From Gordius albopunctatus (taxonomy: Eukaryota), in the NCBI GenBank assembly GCA_964276515.1, contig OZ193909.1:16554001-16618000 (forward strand): a stretch of DNA of 64,000 bases. The letters are read 5' to 3'. The notes under the pieces were generated by a model. It saw nothing but the letters and a program-made list of their open reading frames with translations. It did no database searches and was not told the origin of the DNA. The position numbers were made by a program, and so were the translations under genes. Shown in pieces: positions 1 to 9,304 of this stretch; position 1 is the first letter of the stretch, and every line of letters begins with the position of its first letter.

Positions 1-984
1 GACCACTAAATATGACAAACAGCTATAGGGAAAAAATAATTGTAATCATATAAACTAATAAGTTAGTTTATATGAAAAAAGTTCATTTATCTGTGTAATG
101 AAGGAATCAAGTTGGGGATAATTATTGTTTACTTATAAATCACCTCAATTGATTTAATATATTACTTCGAAATTTTCCCTTCTGAAAAATCCAGGTTTAT
201 CATATATATTAGCTCTAACCTTCGGTTATAAAGAATTGATTTCGTCAATACTGTTTCTTATAAAACTTATTTGCAGTCTGCTAGTCAAATACTTTGTTGT
301 CAAGATTCGTATGCAATTGCTTGCATAATAAGGATATAGAACTGAAATGTTTATCAATATAGAAAAGGGAAATCATGTATTTAGATTGCTGAATAGAACC
401 ACCACTAAAAAATTGTGACTTAAAAGAATTAAGGGCCAAATAATTTTTGAAGAAAATGCTAAATTGTTTTCTTATGTTAAATGAACAAGTGCAGCAGAAA
501 AAAATAATGGGCTCCTTCTTTCCGAAAATAACGTTTTTTCAAGATACATAACAAGTGGAGGATGTTGCTTGACAATTTCATCTCTCGGTATTACCTTGCA
601 ATAATCCTCCACAAAGCCTATCGCCGTATAAACAGTCTAAAATGCTTTTAACTTCAATAAGTCACGGCAGTGGCGTAGGCAGGGACCCCCCTTACTCCCT
701 TGACACCATCTTTTTCTCCCAAATTGAGAAAACTCATGATATTTACTCGTAAAAGTCAAACTATTATTAATAAACGTCCACGTGTTTACCATGCTTATTA
801 AACTGACTTTAGAATCTATGTATTTACAAATTTAAAGTGTTTATACTATGAGAGAAAAGGGTATTCATTAAATAATTAGCACTCAAAAAGTAAATATGCC
901 ATAGAATTCTTGAAGGCGCGCCAAAAATCTCGGCTATATAAAGGGATAATTAATAATAACTTGTTTTCTTGAACATTATTTTTC

Positions 985-1480
985 TTAAACTAAAGTCACA
1001 TGACCTCACTTGCTACTGTCCTGATGTTTTTAGTTTTGTCAGCGTCCTTGTTCCCTTCTTTTGTCACCATGTTATATGTTTATGTTGTCCTAATTCTCCA
1101 TGTCTTTTACCAACATCTATGGTAATTCATAAACCTTGTTTCTTCTGCCTTACGGAATACGGACTCTATTCTACTTATCCCTTTTACTGATCTTTTCTCT
1201 TCCTGGTTGTTAAACACATACACAACAAACATGTCTGAACATCGTTTTAATCTTCACCAACTTGTCGATTTGCGCTTAGCACAAACTTTTACCACTTGGT
1301 GATCCCCTGTAGAATAGCTTGTATTCCTTCCCCAACACTCATTCCACCTCTTCTTTGCAAAATTTGTTTTATCTCAATGCCCTAGCTTAGTTTATATTTC
1401 GCATTGGACGTAAAAAAGAGTGTGCGTGTTGTAAAGGACGCTGAAACTATAACTACCTTGGAGTGAGTTTCTACAGTCGG
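985..1480 (-). mobile_element. Degenerate RTE-like non-LTR retrotransposon fragment (APE endonuclease region)
   Basis: Minus-strand translation gives interrupted pieces such as GKEYKLFYRG and DKLVKIK, resembling the APE endonuclease of RTE-clade LINEs; many stops; boundaries approximate. Confidence 0.45.
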
Positions 1481-2563
1481 CTCCCTATTTGACGTCAATC
1501 TTCCACATAATGCATATAGAATTAGACCTTTAGATAGTGTTCATTTCTTTTTAAATTTAAAATAGAAAAGAGAGTTATAAAATGTTCCAAGCAAAACATT
1601 TATATAGGCACTTACAGGACAATTGTTTTAATAAAATATACAATGCAATAAAACTTTTTATACTGAATGTGAGACCTCAATAAAGTTTTTTATATGGTTT
1701 CAGTAGCTTTAAATATCATGATCTTAAAATATATATCCCGAACAGACGTAATCTTAAATCAATTTAAAGCCTGCTCACAAATTTTATCGAGGTTTTATGC
1801 TGAGCTCAATTCTACCCGGGGAGTCACCAGGGCGTCAGGCCGTCCACGCTTTAATATTATAGGTGATCAAAATTTTATAATATAATTCCTGAAAAATCAT
1901 CGCAGGTTTCCAATTCACTTCCACCCTATAGTAAATGCCTTCGGTCCTTCTACCACTAATAAGAATCTATCATGCTCCAGTAATACTATTGATGCCCAGC
2001 AGACTGATTGAGGTAGATGTATCAAGTAATCACTCTTAAGTCCAAAGTACTCTAGTTTTTTTGTTTTGATTAGATATTTTGACGTTCTCTACTTTTTGCT
2101 ATAACATTATTACTAAAGCGTTCTGTTCTAAAGTTAGGATATTCATATTTAAGAATTAAGTTTTTTCTTCAAGTTTCTAGTGTGGCTTTGAATAATAAAG
2201 GGATTCTTTTTTCTATGAAAAGAGTCGCTATTTTAATTAATTGTGTTTATTTGATTTATATTATCATAAAAATAATATTTAGCACCTATAAACGAAGTGT
2301 AAGCGTGTTGCGTCCATTGACTTAATTGCCTTACTTACATTACCTTACTACTTCGCAACGTTAATTGACCAATCAAGCATACCTCGCGGAGACACAACTA
2401 AATTGATTTATTTATATCTCGCGGAGGCACCACTAAACTTGATTGATTTATTCAATTAATTCACGAGTATATAAAAGGAGTTTAAAACTCTTTTTACTCA
2501 CTGGCTTTTCTTCCAACGATTTAATTTATATTATACAATAAAGTAATTATTACTTAATCCTAC

Positions 2564-2746
2564 TGTTTAACTTGAATTGTTTTTCCTTTGATATGATGTA
2601 TTTTCAATAGTTATTATTTTTAACAGCTGATTCTATATCTTTTTTTAATCTCTTCAATATGTTACAATAGCGATAATCTACCTTTTATATAATACAACTT
2701 ATAATATTATATTAATCCCCGCTTGGAAAGGTTACAGATCCTTACA
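2564..2746 (-). repeat. 3' LTR of element A
   Basis: Direct repeat of 8213-8395; on - it begins TGTAAG immediately after the polypurine tract and ends AAACA next to the TSD. Confidence 0.95.
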
Positions 2747-3478
2747 CCTCATTCTTTCAAATTGAGGGCCCACCAGGTCCGTACTGTCCCGCCCTGGAGT
2801 ATTTACTAATAACGTCATCTCTTCCTCCGGGCTGACCACGACCTGACTGTTGTTCCTTGTAACCACTTCCACACGTACCGGTTCCGTCGTCGTGTACGTG
2901 ACTACCGGAGCTATCGACATCACTGACGCTACCGATTCTACCGGCGGTACCGTCCTCTCCTGTCTTGCTTGCCTGAACGGGATTCTTCGCCTACACATCG
3001 GCATTCGGTGCCAGCTTCGGCATCCCCTGCAAAAGGCTCTAGTTTGCCTTATAGCTGTCGGCTGTCCTGCCTGTGGATAACGGGATGAGCTCCTTCTTTC
3101 TTCCGCCCTCGCCACGGGACGTATCTGGCGATTTTGGGTGTTTTGCGTTGTATTCGCTCGGGCTGCACGCGGGGTCACATTCTGACGCTGCACCCGGTCA
3201 ACTCGTCCAGCTAAGCTCCGGGCTTGGCCACGGTGTCTGGGTACCGTGTTGCTCTGCCTACCCGTATTAGGCCTAGCCGCTTCCTGACGTGTTGTCCGTC
3301 TATGTCTACCCGCCGCCCTTTCCTCCGTACGGGTGTTTTCGTGGCGCACGCTAACGTAGGGTTCCATTCTCCGTCGCTCTCGGACCTCAAACACTATCGG
3401 TCTCGGTTTCCCCCTACGTTCGTGGTCTAGTGCTCTCAAACGCACCTCTACGATCACCCATTCCGTTCGATATTCCAT
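2732..3478 (-). CDS. Element A ORF3: 248-aa Arg/Gln/Thr-rich protein with a C-x2-C-x3-H-x4-C knuckle, in the env position
   Basis: Open 248-aa ORF between the pol stop and the 3' LTR; motif CRGCRSWHRMPMC; pyrimidine tract + AG directly before its ATG; ends 15 nt inside the LTR. Confidence 0.75.
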   Translation of the reverse strand: MEYRTEWVIVEVRLRALDHERRGKPRPIVFEVRERRRMEPYVSVRHENTRTEERAAGRHRRTTRQEAARPNTGRQSNTVPRHRGQARSLAGRVDRVQRQNVTPRAARANTTQNTQNRQIRPVARAEERRSSSRYPQAGQPTAIRQTRAFCRGCRSWHRMPMCRRRIPFRQARQERTVPPVESVASVMSIAPVVTYTTTEPVRVEVVTRNNSQVVVSPEEEMTLLVNTPGRDSTDLVGPQFERMRCKDL

Positions 3479-3501
3479 CTAGATAAAATATAAAAAGATT
3501 A

Positions 3502-6500
3502 CTATATTAATCTAGAGCGTAACTGTTCCACGTGTCGCACGTGTCTACCCGGAGAAGCTAGCACTTCTATCTCGTACATTTTAGTACCTTTCCGAGATAG
3601 GATCTTAGCTTCTAACCATTTTTCTTTCCCTATATAATTACGCGCCCACACAGTATCACCGATTTTAAATTTAGAATCGCCCTGTGATCTGGTGTCTGAT
3701 TGCGCTGCCTGTAACATCGTATCCACTGGCGTGTGTGGTAAACGGCCCAGAAATATCTCGCCAACTGGTTGTCGAGAAGGGAACCTTGGTGCGACGTTGT
3801 GGTAAAGTCGATAAAGCCAAGTTCCGTCCTTTTCAACCTTAGCGTTCTTCAACCATCGTTTCACCACTGCCACGTGTCTTTCCGCGAGTCCATTCGTACT
3901 CGGATGATACGGAGGGGTAAGTAAATGCTGTATTCCCCATTTACTACAAAATTGTTTGAACTCGACGCTTGCAAAAGCTGTGCCGTTGTCGGATATAATC
4001 TTTTTCGGTATACCATACGCACCTGCAAGATTTTTTAAGAAATCGACCACTACTCCCGTAGATAACTTGCTCACTTGTTTATATTCAACCCAACTCGAGT
4101 GCGCATCTACGAGAATAATATATCTTTTTCCTTCAAAATCAAAGAAGTCCAGGTGTACTCTTTCCCAAACTTGTGTTGTGGACGGCCATCTGGCCTTTTT
4201 GTCGTGTCTTGGCGTCCTGGCAAGTTTTCCGCATTGCCCGCATTGTCCCACGAACAAGGTAATATCCCTTGATATCTTGGGCCACCAGACGTGTCTTTTC
4301 GCTAGACCTTTCATCTTGGCTATACCCGTATGACCTGCATGAAGTAATTCGAGTACCTGAGGTCGCAGCACCAACGGAATTACTATATTTTCGTTGCGTA
4401 GTAACACGTTGTTGTTGACCTCGAGTTCGTTTATTAAGCCTCGATAAGTCGATGGTAACGTTTCTAGTGTACTCTTCCCCGTCAAGTAATTTAACACCAA
4501 AATTAATTCTGGATCCTCTTGTACTAATTTGGCAAGATCGACATCTCCGCAATTTTGTGTTATTACGTTCACTTCAGCGAAGTTTTCGCCTTCTAACTCT
4601 TCGAAAGTTAGGTCATCATTATCGTTTCCTAGTCTCGATAATGTGTCTGGCAAGTGATTTGATTTACCTTTTCGGTATTTTAATGTTGCGTTGAAATTTC
4701 CCAGCGCCAATAACCATTTTTGCAGTCTCGGACTTAACAATAGATCCCTGTTGTCCTTTGCAAAAAGTGATACCAGCGGTTTATGGTCGGTAAAAATATC
4801 GAAACTTCGACCAATTAAGTATTCACGGCAACGGGTCAAACTCACTACTACCGCCAAAGCTTCCTTTTCAATCACCGAGTAATTAAGTTCAGCTTTGGTA
4901 AATTTTCGTGAAAAATATAGTATTGGGTGTTCCTCCTGATTGATCACATGCAACAGCACACCGCCTACACCTAGCTGTGACGCATCCACCGCTACGGCTA
5001 ATGGTAGATCGGGAACAAAGCATGTCAGAACAGGACCTTTCGTTAAAATATTCTTTAATGCGTCGAAAGCTTCCTGCTCCTTGTTCCGCCATATAAATCT
5101 TACTTTGTCCGTCGTCAACAAGTATAAAGGTGCCGCTATTTCCGCGATGTTAGGCATAAACTTGTTGTAGTAATTCACCGACCCAAGAAAGGATAGTGTC
5201 TCTTTCTTATTCTGTGGTGGTCGCATTTTAAGGATCGCATCCACTTTGCTTTGTAAGGGACGAACGACTCCATTACCCAATTGATGTCCCAAATATTTTA
5301 GTTCCGTCACTCCTATGACACATTTACTACGTTTTACCCGTAATCCTCGTTCCTGGATTCGTTCTAACACTGCCAACAAGTTATTATCGTGCTCCTTCAT
5401 TGTAGCTCCCACTACAAGAACGTCGTCTAAGTAGTAAAACACACCAGAAAGACCTTGAAATATTGATGCCATGGTCTTCTGAAACACGGGCGCACTTAGG
5501 CTGAGACCGAAGGGCAGTCTTTTAAACGCAAACAAGCCTAAGGACGTGTTTATTGTGGTTAACTTCGACGAGCGGTTATTTAACTTGATCTGGAGGTAAG
5601 CGTTAGCAAAATCCAACTTACTAAAATATTTGGCACCCTTCAGATTTGCGAAGATCTCTTCTATTCTGGGTAGGGGGTACTTTATTTCTACTATCCACGG
5701 GTTAAGAGAAACCCTGTAGTCCGCGCAAAGGCGCAAGCTGCCGTCTGGTTTTTTTACTGGCACCAGTGGCGTAGCCCATTCGCTATATTCCACCGGCTCG
5801 ATTATCCCTTGCTCTATCCATTGAAGCAAGATGGCTTCTACTTTCTCCCGCCAAACAAATGGTATCCTTCTCGCTGGCCAAAACTTTGGTACAGCGTCTG
5901 GCTTCAGTAGGATATCATACTCGTATCCCTTTAGGCATCCAAGCTCGTCTATAAAGATAGACGTGAACCTTTCCAACATCCATTGTAGACTTCCTGACCA
6001 ACCACTTAGGGACCGGACTGCATCGCCACCCATAAGATTACGAGTGTCGGTAGAAGATGTCGGTTGACCCCCCGACTCACTTTTTACCGATAGTCCGTTT
6101 ATTTCAGCTCCGAGAGAGGTAGACTTTAGAGCCCAAGCCATAAATGGCATCCTTAAGGGGTTCCTACCTGCTCCGCCGAAATCTTTTTCACCCATTTCCT
6201 GTGGCCCACTACATTGGATTTTTTTGCATAAGCCAAACCACTTGTTCAACGGCCCTATCATTTTAAGCCATTCCCACCCCAAAATCGGTCTAATCTCCAC
6301 GGACGTGATATATAGGGGTAAAGTTAACTTATTATTCTCGATAATAATTTCTACCTTTACCTTACCTATGACCTTAATTTCCGACCCATCCACTTGTTTT
6401 ATTTTAAGGTTCGGTCTTTCCCAGTGTCTATGGGGCCACAATTTTTTAAATTTGGTTACCCCCATTAGAGTTATGGTCGCACCCGTATCCATAAGAAATT

Positions 6501-7422
6501 CCACCTTCCTATTATCCACCCATAAATTAACTAACGGAATTTTATTTAAATGCAACCCTCCCATTAACCCTGCCAAACTTACACTATTATCCTTACTTTT
6601 ATTAATTACATTATCCCTACTAACTTCATTTTCTGCTATTTCCTTAATAAAACTTTCGTTAAACCTTGCGTTTTTTTCTATTCCGTTTTGATTCTTATTA
6701 CCAAGTGTTCTGAATACTTCAACCTCATTCTTTTCTTTCCTTACTTTTAAAGGAAAGCATTGCAAGGAGGGCCTACTATCTACTGGTAATTTTATGATTG
6801 TGGTTGACAGGGACCTTAAATCTTGTTTTTTAGGCCAAGATTTTATAGTAGAGGAGAATGCTCTAGAGGAGGGATATGCATGTGGCATATGTCTCTTATT
6901 AAAAGGCAAAGGGGACAATAACGAGGGTATTTTTATTTTAGGTTTAAAAGAGGGATATACATATGGTCTATTCCCTTTTAAATATTTAATTACCAGAGAA
7001 GCCGATAATAACGAGGGTATTTTTATTTTATGTTTAGTGAAAGATAAAGTAGTAGGGCATGTGCTCATCGAAAGGGACATTAAGGGAGGGATTAATGGTT
7101 TATCAAAGGGAACCGCTTTGATTAGGGATGGTAAAGTTATATTACTATTTTCAGTAGGGGGGATGGTTGGAATTCTACGCGGTTTTATATTTGATTTACG
7201 CCCAAGTTGGATAGGTTTAGTTGAGCTTAGAGTAATCTCTTTAAGGCGGTTGAAGCTATTTATTGGGGTAGGGGTTTTTGTTTTATTTATTAGACCAGGG
7301 GGGGTTGGAATATTTACTAGGGGAGGGGATATTGTGCTGTTTAGTAGGGGAGGGGTTTTTGGGCTTTTTGTTTTGGGAGAGGATTTTGGGATATTTAATT
7401 TGGGCGGGGATTTTTTTATCAT
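3502..7422 (-). CDS. pol: Element A Pol polyprotein (Pro/Lys/Ser-rich N-terminal region, aspartic protease, RT, RNase H, integrase)
   Basis: Motifs: protease FLMDTGAT; RT WATPLVPVKKPDGSLRLCADYR and YYLDDVLV; RNase H VDAS, EKEALAV, TDHKPL; integrase H-x3-H...CGQC, HLDF, SDNG, GLAERH; C-terminal SH3-like segment. Domain order is Ty3/Gypsy. Confidence 0.97.
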   Translation of the reverse strand: MIKKSPPKLNIPKSSPKTKSPKTPPLLNSTISPPLVNIPTPPGLINKTKTPTPINSFNRLKEITLSSTKPIQLGRKSNIKPRRIPTIPPTENSNITLPSLIKAVPFDKPLIPPLMSLSMSTCPTTLSFTKHKIKIPSLLSASLVIKYLKGNRPYVYPSFKPKIKIPSLLSPLPFNKRHMPHAYPSSRAFSSTIKSWPKKQDLRSLSTTIIKLPVDSRPSLQCFPLKVRKEKNEVEVFRTLGNKNQNGIEKNARFNESFIKEIAENEVSRDNVINKSKDNSVSLAGLMGGLHLNKIPLVNLWVDNRKVEFLMDTGATITLMGVTKFKKLWPHRHWERPNLKIKQVDGSEIKVIGKVKVEIIIENNKLTLPLYITSVEIRPILGWEWLKMIGPLNKWFGLCKKIQCSGPQEMGEKDFGGAGRNPLRMPFMAWALKSTSLGAEINGLSVKSESGGQPTSSTDTRNLMGGDAVRSLSGWSGSLQWMLERFTSIFIDELGCLKGYEYDILLKPDAVPKFWPARRIPFVWREKVEAILLQWIEQGIIEPVEYSEWATPLVPVKKPDGSLRLCADYRVSLNPWIVEIKYPLPRIEEIFANLKGAKYFSKLDFANAYLQIKLNNRSSKLTTINTSLGLFAFKRLPFGLSLSAPVFQKTMASIFQGLSGVFYYLDDVLVVGATMKEHDNNLLAVLERIQERGLRVKRSKCVIGVTELKYLGHQLGNGVVRPLQSKVDAILKMRPPQNKKETLSFLGSVNYYNKFMPNIAEIAAPLYLLTTDKVRFIWRNKEQEAFDALKNILTKGPVLTCFVPDLPLAVAVDASQLGVGGVLLHVINQEEHPILYFSRKFTKAELNYSVIEKEALAVVVSLTRCREYLIGRSFDIFTDHKPLVSLFAKDNRDLLLSPRLQKWLLALGNFNATLKYRKGKSNHLPDTLSRLGNDNDDLTFEELEGENFAEVNVITQNCGDVDLAKLVQEDPELILVLNYLTGKSTLETLPSTYRGLINELEVNNNVLLRNENIVIPLVLRPQVLELLHAGHTGIAKMKGLAKRHVWWPKISRDITLFVGQCGQCGKLARTPRHDKKARWPSTTQVWERVHLDFFDFEGKRYIILVDAHSSWVEYKQVSKLSTGVVVDFLKNLAGAYGIPKKIISDNGTAFASVEFKQFCSKWGIQHLLTPPYHPSTNGLAERHVAVVKRWLKNAKVEKDGTWLYRLYHNVAPRFPSRQPVGEIFLGRLPHTPVDTMLQAAQSDTRSQGDSKFKIGDTVWARNYIGKEKWLEAKILSRKGTKMYEIEVLASPGRHVRHVEQLRSRLI

Positions 7423-7524
7423 TATTTTGGGAAGGGATTTTTGGATAATTATTTTGTGAGGGTGGGGGACTGGACTTAATGATTTCAGATAATTATTTAC
7501 CGGTGTAGCAGCCCTCCCTGGTTG

Positions 7525-7869
7525 CTATTCTTTCTCCCCCTTCCTGCACCTACAACTACAGGTGCTAGGGCCAGGTTCTCCCTCTCTAGATACCTGTCTT
7601 TCCCCTTTAAAATTATTTTCACCTCGGGGTCTTTCTTGCCATACCCCACGCCCCTCTTTAGGACAATTCCTTCTTATATGGCCCCTTTTATGGCATAAAA
7701 AGCATTTTGGCCCATTTTTATATTCTATTGCACATATTATTTCATTATTCTTTTTAACCAACCAAACTAAAACCATGACTATTAACATTAAAACTATTAT
7801 AATTATATTTTCGCGTATACAATTAAATACTATGTTAATACTAAAAGTAGGTGGCTTAGTACCAAACAT
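7525..7869 (-). CDS. Element A ORF1: 114-aa protein with a hydrophobic helix and CCHC zinc knuckle (minimal Gag-like)
   Basis: Hydrophobic run IIIIVLMLIVMVLVWLV followed by KK; canonical C-x2-C-x4-H-x4-C knuckle CFLCHKRGHIRRNC; its TAG stop is in frame with pol. Confidence 0.8.
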   Translation of the reverse strand: MFGTKPPTFSINIVFNCIRENIIIIVLMLIVMVLVWLVKKNNEIICAIEYKNGPKCFLCHKRGHIRRNCPKEGRGVWQERPRGENNFKGERQVSREGEPGPSTCSCRCRKGEKE

Positions 7870-8199
7870 TTTAAAAAGTAAAATCTATTCAAATATCAAT
7901 GATGACAAAAGCAATTTTATTAATGCTATACGTAAAACCCTAAAAGAACAAATTAAATAAAATATAAGTACTATAAAGATAATTAATAAGTAGTTATTCA
8001 TATTATTTATGTAACTAAATATTATTAATTCGAAAAAAATATAATATTCAAACCAAAAATTCAGAAAAACTATTTATTCATAAATTTCATAAACTATTTG
8101 AATAAAACTTACACTCATTAAGTTGTATGTCGGATCCACGTATTTTTGTTTCGAATTTCGCACGGCTTGTTTTCTACTAACGGCTATGGGTACTTCTGT

Positions 8200-8210
8200 T
8201 TCTGACACCA
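8200..8210 (-). promoter_or_regulatory. Primer-binding site of element A (tRNA-Leu type)
   Basis: TGGTGTCAGAA two bases after the 5' LTR CA end; complementary to the ...TTCTGACACCA 3' end of eukaryotic tRNA-Leu. Confidence 0.8.
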
Positions 8211-8212
8211 AT

Positions 8213-8395
8213 TGTTTAACTTGAATTGTTTTTCCTTTGATATGATGTATTTTCAATAGTTATTATTTTTAACAGCTGATTCTATATCTTTTTTTAATCT
8301 CTTCAATATGTTACAATAGCGATAATCTACCTTTTATATAATACAACTTATAATATTATATTAATCCCCGCTTGGAAAGGTTACAGATCCTTACA
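8213..8395 (-). repeat. 5' LTR of element A
   Basis: Direct repeat of 2564-2746; contains TATATAAAAG and a downstream ATTAAA on the - strand. Confidence 0.95.
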
Positions 8396-8494
8396 CCTAC
8401 ATAATATTTACTTCTCGAAAGTGGTGACCCACCCTTGTTATACGCCTCCTTCTACCCTACCCTTACCCAACCCTGGTTATACGCAACCTTGTAA

Positions 8495-9304
8495 ATGGAT
8501 ACCAACCAAGTTGATGATGTCCAAATTAAATCGGAAAACGCTATATTTTTCAAATTGCCCCCCTTCAATCGTATAAATCCCCGATTATGGTTTGTCCAGA
8601 TAGAAGCCCTTTTCTCGATTCGACGAATAACATCTGAATCTAGCAAACTTGGATACGTGATAGAATGCCTCCCACAAGAAGTCACAATAGAGATCCAAGA
8701 TTACTTGGAGAATCTACAGGCTGAGGCCCCGTACACTACCATCCGGTCAGCTATCATCGACCGCACAACAAAATCGGACTTAGCACGATTCCACGACCTA
8801 CTGTCCAACGTGGAATTGGGCGATCGTACACCCTCACAACTCCATAGACACATGAAAAGCCTCCTGGGTACCGCCAAAATGGACGACATCATTTTAAAAC
8901 AACTGTGGTTGGAAAACCTGACAACCAGCATCTTGGCGATCTGTGCAAGTGACCAGACGTTAGTCAAGCTAGCTGAAACAGCTGATAAAATCGCGGAAAC
9001 GTACCATACGCCGCAAATATCCAACGTCGCCCCTGCCACACAGAGATCCCGCAACGATATTGAGACGCTCAGAGACATGGTCAATAGACTGAGCGTGAGC
9101 ATCGAGACATTACGGCAAGAGGTCAGTCAGAAAAATTGTTTTCGGTCGAGAAGTAGGTCTACATCAAGGCGATTTCGATCCCCGTTTCAACCCCACGCAG
9201 ACTTTCCCCAGGATTGGTGTTGGTATCACCAAAGATATAAGGAAAAGGCCACGAAATGCCGACAACCTTGCAATTATATCCCGATTTCCTTGTCAAACCC
9301 ATAG
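8495..9304 (+). CDS. gag: Gag of element B (CsRn1-like, CHCC zinc motif)
   Basis: N-terminus KLPPF...PRLWFVQIEALF, LGDRTPSQL, RSRSRS tract and CWYHQRYKEKATKCRQPC (CHCC), typical of CsRn1-clade Gag. Confidence 0.85.
   Translation: MDTNQVDDVQIKSENAIFFKLPPFNRINPRLWFVQIEALFSIRRITSESSKLGYVIECLPQEVTIEIQDYLENLQAEAPYTTIRSAIIDRTTKSDLARFHDLLSNVELGDRTPSQLHRHMKSLLGTAKMDDIILKQLWLENLTTSILAICASDQTLVKLAETADKIAETYHTPQISNVAPATQRSRNDIETLRDMVNRLSVSIETLRQEVSQKNCFRSRSRSTSRRFRSPFQPHADFPQDWCWYHQRYKEKATKCRQPCNYIPISLSNP

Larger units (their letters stand above)
2564..8395 (-). mobile_element. Complete Ty3/Gypsy (Mag-like Pol) LTR retrotransposon with three ORFs (element A)
   Basis: Two 183-bp LTRs (2564-2746, 8213-8395) with TG...CA ends, identical by eye. 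5-bp TSD CCTAC at 2559-2563 and 8396-8400. PBS TGGTGTCAGAA on - at 8210-8200. PPT GAAAGAATGAGG adjoins the 3' LTR. Uninterrupted PR-RT-RH-IN ORF. Confidence 0.97.

Noticed and set aside
2732..3478. Calling ORF3 an env gene
   Set aside because: The position fits, but there is no signal peptide, transmembrane anchor or glycoprotein-like composition.
6224..7960. Long + strand ORFs antisense to element A (6224-6691, 6794-7459, 7562-7960)
   Set aside because: They lie codon-aligned opposite the sense ORFs and show no motifs; best explained as shadows of biased codon use.
8074..8256. 60-aa - strand ORF spanning the LTR end and PBS
   Set aside because: Non-ATG start inside the LTR and no motif; only its internal ATG-AGT before the splice donor looks meaningful.
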